From Candidatus Sulfomarinibacteraceae bacterium (lineage in GTDB: Bacteria; Acidobacteriota; Thermoanaerobaculia; Thermoanaerobaculales; Sulfomarinibacteraceae), in assembly GCA_963714895.1 (NCBI GenBank), contig CAVQQC010000016.1, forward strand, positions 106,133 through 170,132: a DNA stretch of 64,000 nt, written 5' to 3'. The stretch's first letter is position 1. Each line of letters opens with the position of its first letter. The translations under genes were made by a program, and so were the position numbers. Shown one piece after another: positions 9,976 through 19,668 of the stretch. The notes below the pieces were generated by a model, which ran no database searches, was not told the DNA's origin, and saw nothing but the letters and a program-made list of their open reading frames with translations.

Positions 9976-10600
9976 ACAGCCCGTCCGGGTCGGCGCCCGC
10001 GAAGCAGGCGTCCATCAGGTAGCGCGGCGCCCGCGGCAGACGGAGCGCGGTCTCTTCATCGACGAGGCGGGTGTGGCGCAGCCGGTCGAGGGCGTCGCCG
10101 AGGTATTCGAGGTCTTCGGTCGTGAACCGCCAGCCGCGGTCGTCGAATCGCGTGAGGTCGCAGGGCACCGAATAGGCGCGCAGCGCGCTGTAGCCGTCGA
10201 GGTTGAAATAGAAGGGAAAGTACGAAAGCGCAAGTTCGCGCACCGTCCGGTAGACGGGGTCGCGCATCCTCAGCGCCGTGGTGTTGGATTTGGCGACGGC
10301 ACCCCACAACCCGCCCTCCTGAAAGAGCGCGACGACGTGGTCGTCGTCGTTGTGCGCGCGCAAATCGACCAGCAGCGGCGGCCGCCCGTGGTGGCTCAAA
10401 GCAGCTGCTGCAAGCAGCGCTCCTTCCATACAGTGCGCCCGCCGCACCCGGAGGACCTCCCGCGGCGATCGGCACACTGGTTCCGCGTTATACGGCATGT
10501 CATCGAGAAAATCCTGAACCGCCCGCGGCGAGTTCAACTGCGCGAAAAGCCGCTGCTCCTTCGCGGACCACGCCCAATCTCTCGCCTCTCCAATTTTCAT
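9953..10600 (-). CDS. Conserved hypothetical protein, transglutaminase/papain-like Cys-His fold
   Basis: SPREVL..AHCMEGALLAAA, DDDHVVALF, WGAVAKSN; the Cys and His spacing resembles transglutaminase-like cores. Confidence 0.65.
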   Translation of the reverse strand: MKIGEARDWAWSAKEQRLFAQLNSPRAVQDFLDDMPYNAEPVCRSPREVLRVRRAHCMEGALLAAAALSHHGRPPLLVDLRAHNDDDHVVALFQEGGLWGAVAKSNTTALRMRDPVYRTVRELALSYFPFYFNLDGYSALRAYSVPCDLTRFDDRGWRFTTEDLEYLGDALDRLRHTRLVDEETALRLPRAPRYLMDACFAGADPDGLFKPSKNP

Positions 10601-10823
10601 CAATCTTCCTCCGTCTCGAAACCGGGTCTCGAATTACTGACCGCTCGCAATCATCTTGACACACGTTTAACAGGACGAATTCCTGATGTTGTTGTAGGCT
10701 TTGACAAAATCCGGCGAGACAGCTCGCGGCCGATCGTGGCCGAACCGGAGGCGGTTGGAGCACCAGATGGTGTCGTCAGTGCATCGCCAGGGAAAAAGAC
10801 CGGCAAGGAGACGATCCACGAGC

Positions 10824-13800
10824 GTGAAGACTACGGCGACCATCTGCCTGGTAATGATCGCGTGCATCCTGTTCACCGGTGAGCCCGCGGTCGCGGCAAC
10901 CACCGTGGCCACCGGTCGCGACCACACGCTCGCGGTGACGGTTGGCGGCGAGGTCTGGGCCTGGGGCGGCAACGCCCACAGCCAACTCGGCAGCGGACCC
11001 CCGTCGATGCCGTCCGGGCCGAACCGAGTGAATGGCCTCTCCGGCATCGCCGCGGTCGCGGCGGGCGATCACTTCAGCGTTGCCCTCGGTGCAGACGGCT
11101 CCGTCTGGACATGGGGGGCGAACGCTTCCGGCCAACTGGGCGACGGCACGACCATCGACCAGGCGCTGCCGACACCTGTCAACGGAATTCCGGGCGTCAT
11201 TGCGGTATCGGCTACTGCGCGTCACGTTCTGGTCCTCGCTGAAGACGGAACCGTCTGGACCTGGGGAGACGGCAACCCGGTTCCTCTCCGGGTCGCCGGT
11301 CTGCCTCCGATCCGGCGCATTTTTGCTGTGCCGACGGGCTCCCTCGCGCTGACGGCTGAAGGCTCTGTGTGGTCGTGGAGCGAAGACGAAACCTCCCCCG
11401 CTCCGATCGTCGGGCTTGAGTCGGTCTCGGATCTCGCGACCGTGCCAGGTGGCGAACTTGTCGCCGTCAGCCAAGGGGTCGTCATGACCGGTTTCCCGTC
11501 TGAGGACGCCGACCAGCCAGAGGCCACAGAACTCAAGCTCTCCGTCGCCGTGCGATCGGTGGTGATCGTCGGCCACCTGGCAATAGCCCTCGCGGCCGAC
11601 GGCACCGTCTGGACATGGTCGAGAGAATCGACCGTGGAGACGACCTCTTCGAGATCTCCTCAGGCCGCCCCCGATCTCAAGAACATCGTTGCCGTCGCCG
11701 GAGGTCCGAAAGGGGCCCTGGCCCTCGAGCGCGGTGGCGCCCTGTGGGCATGGAGCGTCGACGCGTCGGCGATCGAGAAGGTTCCCATCCCGGACATCAT
11801 GTGGCAGGTTGATGCACCCGAGTTCCGCCCTCCCGAGGGTGGATACCCATGGCCACGGTACGTATTTGCCGGGTCGAACACCCCTGGCGCCGAGATCCAC
11901 ATCACCCGCGACGGAAGCATCCCCACCCTCGAAGACCCGATTCTGAATCCGGACGATGCCGTGCGTATCGAGCGCCCAACCGCGATCTCGGCCCGCGCGT
12001 GGGCGGATCATCTGGATCCGAGTGTGGTCACAGTGGCAAAGTACCGCATCGAACCGATCCGGTCGGACGACGGACACGTGGTGCCTTCCAACCAGACCCG
12101 AAGGCGGGACGGCTCTGCCAAGGCCGGTGACGACGTGATCTTCACCGAGGACTTCGAAACGGGCGAGCTTTCACGTTGGTCGAGTTTTCAACCGCCACCT
12201 ACGATCGCTCTCGGCGCGCCGATCTTGACACCCAACGGCGGTGTCTTCGCCGTCGCGCAAGAGGTCTCGGTGACCTGTCCGATTCCGGGCGCTGTCGTTC
12301 GCTACTCGCTCACCGGTCTGCCCACAGAAACCGATCCCGTGGTTGCCTGTGGGTCCACCGTTTCCGTTGCACGGTCGACGACGTTCCGTGCCAGGGCGTG
12401 GGCGGTCGGGTTCCTGCCAAGCGCAACGACCGAGGCGACCTACCTCTTCCAGTTCGGTGCCGCTGAAATCCCGACGTTCGACCCACCGGGGGGCTCCTAC
12501 GGATCCGCGCAGAACGTCACCATTGCTACCACGACGCCTGGAGCCAGCATCCGTTACACCCTCGACGGGACGCAACCGAATGCGACATCGTCCATCTACG
12601 CTGCGCCGATCGAAATCACAACGACGGGAGTTCTCACAGCCCGTGCCTTCCGCCACGATCACGCTCCAAGCGGCACTGCACAGGCCACTTATTTCATCGG
12701 AGACGCCACCGGCCGGCCGGTCCTCGGCCCGGGTGGCGGAGTCTATCCGTCAGGGCTGTTGGTGACCGTCTCCAACACGACGGCCGGCGCGACCATCCGT
12801 TACACCACAGACGGCACCGACCCGCAAATCGGCGATACGGTCATCGCCGATGGCGGCACGATTTCCGTCACCCGATCGCTGCGAATCGCAGCGCGCGCCT
12901 GGGCCGATGGAATGGACCCGAGCCCGGTGACTATCGCCGACTACGAAATCGTCGGTGGGGTTTCCGCCGGCGCCGTTCACAGTATGGCGCTGCGATACGA
13001 CGGAACGGTGTGGGCGTGGGGCGAGAATCAATCTGGAGAGATCGGCACCGGCGACGACACGGTCAACGAATACCGGTTACCGCAGCTGGTGGTCAACCTC
13101 ACCGACATCATCGCCGTCGAAGCCGGATCCAAACACTCGATGGCGCTGCGCGCGGACGGTACCGTCTGGGCGTGGGGTTGGGGCTTCAAGAATCGAATCG
13201 GGGACGGGGCCCACGCGGACCGATTCGCACCGGTCCAGGTCATCACCGAAGGCGGAGTACTGGAAAACATCATCGCCCTGTCCGGAGGCTATGGGCATTC
13301 GCTCGCCATCGCCGCGGACGGCACGGTGTGGGCGTGGGGCGACAATTACCGAGGCCAGCTCGGAATCGGCACCGGCGACAGCACCAAAAGCAAAGCCATC
13401 CAGGTTCCCGGTCTGACCGGAATCACAGCGGTTGCCGCCGGCGGCGAGCACTCACTCGTACTCAAGACTGATGGTGAGGCCACAGGTTCCTTGTGGGCTT
13501 TCGGCGAGAATGCAAACGGTGAGGTCGGTGATGGAACCACCACCGAACGACGCACACCGGTGAAAGTCCTCGACGGCGTGCGGTCGATCTGCGCTGGAGG
13601 CTCCCACTCGATGGTGGTGATGGCCGACGGCAGCGTGCTCGGCACCGGCCTCAACGATCGCGGACAACTCGGCAACGGCACCACCGAGGGCCCGGTGCTG
13701 ACGTTCCAACCCGTGTTCGACGGCGCCGAGGGCATCGTCGGCTGTTCGGCGAGCGGCGTCCACACCCTGGCGCTGACGTCCGGCCGACGGATTCTCGGGA

Positions 13801-14447
13801 CCGGGCACAACGATCTCGGTCAGGTCGGCGACGGCACCAAAGAACATCGCCAGTTGCCGGTCCACGTGGTGCTGATCGAGGATGTGGCCCAGGTAGTGGC
13901 TGGACTCAGACTTGGCAGCGTCTTCACTGGTTGGTACGCCCACTCCATCGCGGCGACTCGCGACGGTCGAGTGTGGTGTTGGGGTTCGAACAACCGCGGC
14001 CAACTCGGCAACGGATGGGGGCTCAACGACGCACGTTTCCGCCCCGATGTGGTTCGCAACTTCAACCTGATGGATCGCAGCTGGCCTGACGGTGACCCCG
14101 ACGGCGATGGGTTGACCAACGAGCGCGAGCTCGAGCTCGGCACCGACCCTTTCAATGCCGACTCCAACGGCGACGGCATCGACGATTTGACCGCCAGCCG
14201 ATCGGGTCTCGACCCACTCGATCCTGATATGGACGCCGACGGCGTCGACAATTCGACCGAACGAACCCGGGGCACCGACCCGCTGCGGGCCGACAGCGAT
14301 GACGACGGCGTCAACGACGCAGCCGACTGTTTCCCGCTCGACCCGTCGCGGAGCGACTGCCCCGAACCGGTCCCGGGCGACACCGAACCACCGGTGATCA
14401 CGCTCACCGAACCGACCAACGCCGTCTTGATCTCGTCCACACCGTGA
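10824..14447 (+). CDS. Secreted RCC1-repeat protein with chitobiase/FN3-associated repeats and Asp-rich Ca-binding repeats
   Basis: Signal peptide from GTG 10824. Two RCC1 blocks (GxxHSLALxxDGTVWAWGxNxxGQLG), four PxGG.Y...IRYTxDGTxP modules, and DxDGDGL repeats. Confidence 0.88.
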   Translation: MKTTATICLVMIACILFTGEPAVAATTVATGRDHTLAVTVGGEVWAWGGNAHSQLGSGPPSMPSGPNRVNGLSGIAAVAAGDHFSVALGADGSVWTWGANASGQLGDGTTIDQALPTPVNGIPGVIAVSATARHVLVLAEDGTVWTWGDGNPVPLRVAGLPPIRRIFAVPTGSLALTAEGSVWSWSEDETSPAPIVGLESVSDLATVPGGELVAVSQGVVMTGFPSEDADQPEATELKLSVAVRSVVIVGHLAIALAADGTVWTWSRESTVETTSSRSPQAAPDLKNIVAVAGGPKGALALERGGALWAWSVDASAIEKVPIPDIMWQVDAPEFRPPEGGYPWPRYVFAGSNTPGAEIHITRDGSIPTLEDPILNPDDAVRIERPTAISARAWADHLDPSVVTVAKYRIEPIRSDDGHVVPSNQTRRRDGSAKAGDDVIFTEDFETGELSRWSSFQPPPTIALGAPILTPNGGVFAVAQEVSVTCPIPGAVVRYSLTGLPTETDPVVACGSTVSVARSTTFRARAWAVGFLPSATTEATYLFQFGAAEIPTFDPPGGSYGSAQNVTIATTTPGASIRYTLDGTQPNATSSIYAAPIEITTTGVLTARAFRHDHAPSGTAQATYFIGDATGRPVLGPGGGVYPSGLLVTVSNTTAGATIRYTTDGTDPQIGDTVIADGGTISVTRSLRIAARAWADGMDPSPVTIADYEIVGGVSAGAVHSMALRYDGTVWAWGENQSGEIGTGDDTVNEYRLPQLVVNLTDIIAVEAGSKHSMALRADGTVWAWGWGFKNRIGDGAHADRFAPVQVITEGGVLENIIALSGGYGHSLAIAADGTVWAWGDNYRGQLGIGTGDSTKSKAIQVPGLTGITAVAAGGEHSLVLKTDGEATGSLWAFGENANGEVGDGTTTERRTPVKVLDGVRSICAGGSHSMVVMADGSVLGTGLNDRGQLGNGTTEGPVLTFQPVFDGAEGIVGCSASGVHTLALTSGRRILGTGHNDLGQVGDGTKEHRQLPVHVVLIEDVAQVVAGLRLGSVFTGWYAHSIAATRDGRVWCWGSNNRGQLGNGWGLNDARFRPDVVRNFNLMDRSWPDGDPDGDGLTNERELELGTDPFNADSNGDGIDDLTASRSGLDPLDPDMDADGVDNSTERTRGTDPLRADSDDDGVNDAADCFPLDPSRSDCPEPVPGDTEPPVITLTEPTNAVLISSTP

Positions 14448-14473
14448 GCTGGAGCCGAACTGCAGGAGGCACG

Positions 14474-17400
14474 ATGGGAATGCGGAATCTCGAACACATG
14501 ACGATGGCACGACTGACTCTGACGTTTCTCGTCCTGGTCAGCATCACGGGTTCAGTGGTGGCCGAAGAGATGGTGCCAAACCGAACCGTGCCCAACGTGA
14601 CAAGGGCACCCCTCCTCCCGGTATTCTCCGATCCACCCACCGACCACGAAATCTTTCGCGCCCGAATTTTCGAAGAGCCATTGCTGGCCGTCAGCCCCAC
14701 CACCTCAACCGACAACATCGCGTTGGCGGACGCACTGACCGCCTACCTCGGCGCCGGCGGCGGCGAGAACACCGCAGCCCTCGAGGCCTTTCTCGATCGC
14801 CACCCGGCCTCCCCGTGGGCCCCCTCCCTACGGCTCGATCTCGGTATCGTCTACCGCCGCACCGGCTACTGGACCCGAGCTCTGGAACAATGGGAAGAGT
14901 CCTGGGCATCTGCAAAGCTGTACACCGCGGCCCCGACCAGCGCCATCGGCGACCGGGCTGCCGGCGAATTGGCCCAGCTCGCTGGGCGACTCGGGCGCTA
15001 CGACCGGCTCGAGGCCCTGTTCGCCGAGATCGAGGCCTCCGGTCGGGACGTTCGGGGGCCGGCCCACGAGAAATTGATCGGCGCCCGGCAGGGTCTGTGG
15101 ATGATGCACAACCGCCCCGAAATCGGCTTTCTGTGCGGCCCGCTCGGGATCGACCGCATTCTGTCCTACGACAAGGCCTCCTATTCCCGTGATCCAAGAC
15201 TCCTGGATGCGGCGTCAACCATGAACGGCACCTCGCTGCTGCAAAACCGGGTGCTGTCCGACGAGCTCGGTTTGGGCTTTCAATCCGCCTACCGCGGAGG
15301 AGCCGAAGAAGAGATCCTGGTACCCGCCCTGGTGCACTGGAAGGCAGGCCACTTCGCGGCGCTGGTAGATCAACGGGACGGCCGCTATCTCCTGCAGGAC
15401 CCGACCTTCGGCGAGGAGATGTGGATCAGCCGCGCCGCCCTCGACGACCAGTCGTCCGGCTACTTCCTGGTTCCAGGCGGACCACTCCCGCACGGGTGGC
15501 GACCCGTGGATGACGAGGAGGCCGCCACCGTCTGGGGCAAGGGCTACACCGACTCCAACAACCACGACAACCAGAAGTGCGGCGACAACAAGTCGGGTGG
15601 CTGCGGGGACTCTTGTCCAAAGAACAACTGTTGTGGAGGCCGCGGTATGGCGAGCTACAGCTTCCATACGATGCTGACTGCCCTCCATATTGTCGACACC
15701 CCGGTCGGGTACTCCCCTCCCGTCGGGCCATCAATCGAATTTCAGCTCGGGTACCACCACCGCGAGGTCTTTCAGCCCCAGACCTTCTTCTTTTCGAATT
15801 TCGGCCCCATGTGGACCTTCGACTGGATCTCGTGGGTCGAGGACGACCCGGCCGACGCGAGCCAACCAGTGGGTGTCTACCAACGAGGAGGAGGTCGCGA
15901 GGTCTATACCGGATATGATCCTGGAACGGACACGTATGAACCGCACCCCCAGAGCCGGGCGGTAACGGTCCGCACCTCCGAAGACCCGATCCGTTACGAG
16001 GTGCGATGGCCCAACGGCTCGGTCGATTTCTACGAACAACCGGACGGCGCCCTGGCCTTCCCACGCAAGGTTCTGATGACCCGCACCGTCGACCCACAGG
16101 GCAACGAGGTCGATCTCACCTGGGATGAAGAGCTGCGACTGGTGGCGATCACCGACGCCATCGGCCAGGTCACGACCCTCGCCTACGAACTGCCCGGCGA
16201 CCCACTGAGAATCACCCGTGTGACAGATCCCTTCGGCCGCTTCGCCACCTTCGAATACGAGGAGGGAAGGTTGGCCGCCATCACCGACGTCATCGGTCTC
16301 GTATCCTCCTTCGACTACGGTGAGGGCGACTTCATCGAAGCCATGACCACTCCCTACGGGACCACCACCTTTGCCCAGTTCGACGAGGGGCGGCGGTTCT
16401 GGATCGAGGCCACGGATCCCCTGGGCGCCACCGAACGGCTCGAATACGTCAACGGTCGCGAAGACGCCGTCCGCGGCGACGAGGGCCAGTTGGTGATGCC
16501 GGACGCCCTCCCCGCCGGGAACATCCCCCAGGGATTCTCGCCCGGTCCGCTCTACCCGAATCTCAAGTACCGCAACACCTTCTACTGGAGCAAGCTGGCC
16601 CACGCCCGGCACCCCGGCGACTACTCGATGGCCAAGATGACCCACTGGCTCCACCAGGAGGGCGTGTGGCAGACCTCCGGAGTCATCGAAAACGAGAAGG
16701 AACCCCTGGAAAGCAAACGGATCTACTACAAATATTCCAAGCAGCCGGCTCTGCAGACCACGGGTACGCACGCCACTCCATCCGGAATCGGCCGTGTCCT
16801 GGATGATGGCAGTGACCAGATCTGGACCTATGACTACAACTCGGCGGGAAAGAAGATCCTTGAAATCGACCCGCTCGGCCGCGAGACGATGTACATCTAC
16901 GGCAGCAACAACACCCCCGACGCCGATTCAAAGGAAGGCCGCGGTATCGATCTGCTGGAGATCCGGCAGAAGAACGGCGCAGCTTGGGACACACTCGAGA
17001 CCCGGACCTACAATACCCAGCACCTACCGCTGACGGTGACCGACGCCGCCGGCCAGACCACGGCCTACGCCTACAACCCCGCCGGTCAGATCGAGACCGT
17101 GACCACGCCCGAACGCGCCGGGATCACTGAGAACCGCACAACGACCTACTCGTACGATGAGGACGGCTTCTTGGAGAGCATCACCGGGCCTGCAACCGGC
17201 GCGACCACAGGCTTCACCTACGACGCCATAGGCCGTTTGAAGACCACGACTACCTCGGATGGCGATACTGTAATGTACGATTACGACAACCTCGACCGCG
17301 TCACCAAGGTCACCTACCCGGACGGCACGTACGACGAGACGATCTACGAAAGGCTCGATCCGGTGAGACAGCGCGACCGCCTAGGACGCTGGACCGAAAC

Positions 17401-19570
17401 CCTGTACAACGCCCTACGTCTGATCGAGCTGGTGCGCGACGCCGAGGGGCGCACGGTGAACTACCAGTGGTGCGACTGCGGCGCGCTCGAGGCCATCGTC
17501 GACGACAACGGCAACGCAACCACCTGGGTCCGCGACGCGCAGGGCCGCGTCACCAGCGAGGTGCGGGCCGACGGCGCGATCTTCTCTTATGACTATGAGG
17601 ACGCCACCAGCCGGCTCGAGTCCACGACCGACGCCAACGGCCAGACCACCCGCTACGCCTACAACCTCGACAACACGATCGCCGAGATCAGCTATGAGGA
17701 TGCCGTCGTGCCCACCCCGTCGGTGAGCTACACCTACGACCCGGTCTACACTCGCGTGGAGACCATGACCGACGGCACCGGCATCACGACGTGCAACTAC
17801 CACCCAGTCGGCGTGCTCGGCGCGGGCCGGCTGTCGTCGGTCGACGGGCCGCTGGCCGATGACACCGTGGCCTACGCTTACGACGAGCTCGGCCGGGTGG
17901 TGGGACGCGGTCTGACCACCTTCCCCACCACCACCGGCTACGACGTCCTCGGCCGCATCGAGTCCGTGGGCAGCCCGGTGGGCAGCTTCACGTGGGGCTA
18001 CGACGGCGTGACCTCGCGTCCCCAGACCCTCGACTACCCGAACGGCCAGACGACGACTTATACCTATCTCGACGGGCTGAACGACCGCAGGCTCGGGTCG
18101 ATCCGCCACGAGGCCCCCGACGATTCGCTCCTCAGCGAGTTCGCCTACACCTATGACGCGGTGCGCAACATCAGCACCTGGCAACAGCAGTGGGCGCCCG
18201 ACCCGCCGCAGGTCTACGACTTCGGCTACGACCGGGTCGACCAGCTGACCTCGGCCGTCCTTCAGACCACCGACCCGACACCCACGGTTCTCAAACGCTA
18301 CGGCTACGTGTACGACCTGCTCGGCAACCGCACCGCCTATCAGGAGGACGACGCGGTCACGGCAAGCGCATTCAACTCACGCAACCAGCTCGTGTCGTCG
18401 CAGCCGGGCGGTGCGCTCCTCTTCCGAGGCGCCACCGACGAGCCGGCGATGGTGACCGTCGACGGCGTTCCCGCCGTCACTGCTGCCGACGATAGCTTTG
18501 CGGGTCACGCCGGGGTGGCCGAGGGCACCGACACGGTCGAGATTCAGGCCACCGACCCCTCGGGCAACGTCCGCACCGCTACCTACCAGGTGAGCCAGAT
18601 TGGCCCCTCGACCTCCTACACCTACGACGCCAACGGCAACCTGACCTCGGACGCCGCCCGCACCTACGAGTGGGACGCCGCCGACCGCCTGGTTCGGGTC
18701 ATGGACGGCCCCACCGAGATCGCGTCATTCTTCTACGACGGCCACGGCCGCCGGGTACAGAAAACTGCCGGCGGCGTCACCCGGACCTACCTCTACGATG
18801 CAGAGGACATCGTCGAAGAGCACCTCGGTACCGGGGAACCATTCCGATACGTCCACGGTCCCGGAATCGATCAGCCGCTCGCTGTCGTTCAATCCGGAGC
18901 GCTTCTTTCCCTCTTGTTGTCTGATCATCTTGGAAGCATTGTCCAAATAACGGATGCTGAAGGAGTAGAGGCTGCAAAACGTAAGTACGACCCGTTCGGC
19001 AACGCTGATCAAACAGTCGTCGGCCAGGATTTCGCTTTCAACTCTCGAGAGTGGGACCCAGCTACCAACCTTTATTTCTATCGTGCCCGATACTACGACC
19101 CACCATCCGCGAGATTCCTGTCGGAAGATCTCATTCAGCTTGTTGAACAGCCTAACCTCTATTCCTATGTTGGAAACTCCCCGGTGGGATGGCAGGATCC
19201 GCTAGGGCTCAGCGGATTGCGATATCCGCTGGGCGGCCCTGACGCAATAATGGAACCTTCATGTCCAAATGAGAGAATCTGTCCGTGTGACACAACTCCA
19301 AAGGGCGATTTCGAGAATTTCTTACTGTGCATCGTCGCGGGAGGAAACGTTCCAACAGTTGGATCCGCCGCCAGCGGTGGCATGGGTGCCACCGGCATGC
19401 ACGGGGCATCTCAGCACAGAAAAAAGGCAATAAAGCCTGTCTCGCAACCGAGAAACGTCACGAGAAAACAAGGCGCACGGGCATGCGGGGCCGCTGGAAC
19501 GGCCGCCACGATGTCAATTGTCAATTTCTGCTGGTGGGCAACGACCGTTTGCCGACCCAATGACCCCTGA
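14474..19570 (+). CDS. Secreted RHS/YD-repeat protein with N-terminal TPR-like and C39 peptidase-like domains, internal Ig-like insert and small Cys-rich C-terminal extension
   Basis: RBS AGGAGG before ATG 14474 and a signal peptide. LCGP...VHWKAGHF...LQDP gives the C39 triad. YD repeats, then core LYFYRARYYDP...NLYSYVGNSPVGWQDPLGL. Confidence 0.9.
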   Translation: MGMRNLEHMTMARLTLTFLVLVSITGSVVAEEMVPNRTVPNVTRAPLLPVFSDPPTDHEIFRARIFEEPLLAVSPTTSTDNIALADALTAYLGAGGGENTAALEAFLDRHPASPWAPSLRLDLGIVYRRTGYWTRALEQWEESWASAKLYTAAPTSAIGDRAAGELAQLAGRLGRYDRLEALFAEIEASGRDVRGPAHEKLIGARQGLWMMHNRPEIGFLCGPLGIDRILSYDKASYSRDPRLLDAASTMNGTSLLQNRVLSDELGLGFQSAYRGGAEEEILVPALVHWKAGHFAALVDQRDGRYLLQDPTFGEEMWISRAALDDQSSGYFLVPGGPLPHGWRPVDDEEAATVWGKGYTDSNNHDNQKCGDNKSGGCGDSCPKNNCCGGRGMASYSFHTMLTALHIVDTPVGYSPPVGPSIEFQLGYHHREVFQPQTFFFSNFGPMWTFDWISWVEDDPADASQPVGVYQRGGGREVYTGYDPGTDTYEPHPQSRAVTVRTSEDPIRYEVRWPNGSVDFYEQPDGALAFPRKVLMTRTVDPQGNEVDLTWDEELRLVAITDAIGQVTTLAYELPGDPLRITRVTDPFGRFATFEYEEGRLAAITDVIGLVSSFDYGEGDFIEAMTTPYGTTTFAQFDEGRRFWIEATDPLGATERLEYVNGREDAVRGDEGQLVMPDALPAGNIPQGFSPGPLYPNLKYRNTFYWSKLAHARHPGDYSMAKMTHWLHQEGVWQTSGVIENEKEPLESKRIYYKYSKQPALQTTGTHATPSGIGRVLDDGSDQIWTYDYNSAGKKILEIDPLGRETMYIYGSNNTPDADSKEGRGIDLLEIRQKNGAAWDTLETRTYNTQHLPLTVTDAAGQTTAYAYNPAGQIETVTTPERAGITENRTTTYSYDEDGFLESITGPATGATTGFTYDAIGRLKTTTTSDGDTVMYDYDNLDRVTKVTYPDGTYDETIYERLDPVRQRDRLGRWTETLYNALRLIELVRDAEGRTVNYQWCDCGALEAIVDDNGNATTWVRDAQGRVTSEVRADGAIFSYDYEDATSRLESTTDANGQTTRYAYNLDNTIAEISYEDAVVPTPSVSYTYDPVYTRVETMTDGTGITTCNYHPVGVLGAGRLSSVDGPLADDTVAYAYDELGRVVGRGLTTFPTTTGYDVLGRIESVGSPVGSFTWGYDGVTSRPQTLDYPNGQTTTYTYLDGLNDRRLGSIRHEAPDDSLLSEFAYTYDAVRNISTWQQQWAPDPPQVYDFGYDRVDQLTSAVLQTTDPTPTVLKRYGYVYDLLGNRTAYQEDDAVTASAFNSRNQLVSSQPGGALLFRGATDEPAMVTVDGVPAVTAADDSFAGHAGVAEGTDTVEIQATDPSGNVRTATYQVSQIGPSTSYTYDANGNLTSDAARTYEWDAADRLVRVMDGPTEIASFFYDGHGRRVQKTAGGVTRTYLYDAEDIVEEHLGTGEPFRYVHGPGIDQPLAVVQSGALLSLLLSDHLGSIVQITDAEGVEAAKRKYDPFGNADQTVVGQDFAFNSREWDPATNLYFYRARYYDPPSARFLSEDLIQLVEQPNLYSYVGNSPVGWQDPLGLSGLRYPLGGPDAIMEPSCPNERICPCDTTPKGDFENFLLCIVAGGNVPTVGSAASGGMGATGMHGASQHRKKAIKPVSQPRNVTRKQGARACGAAGTAATMSIVNFCWWATTVCRPNDP

Positions 19571-19668
19571 AACCTGCTTCTCGGGTAACAATCCACGTTC
19601 GCTTGCCCGCTCGTGAAAGATGGTACAAAATAGCCCGGCCCGCAACGGGCAGTCCCTAAGGAGGCGAG

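Noticed and set aside
10620-10800. Possible riboswitch upstream of the RCC1 gene
   Set aside because: Only short hairpins (CAGGAcgaatTCCTG); no aptamer consensus that I recognise.
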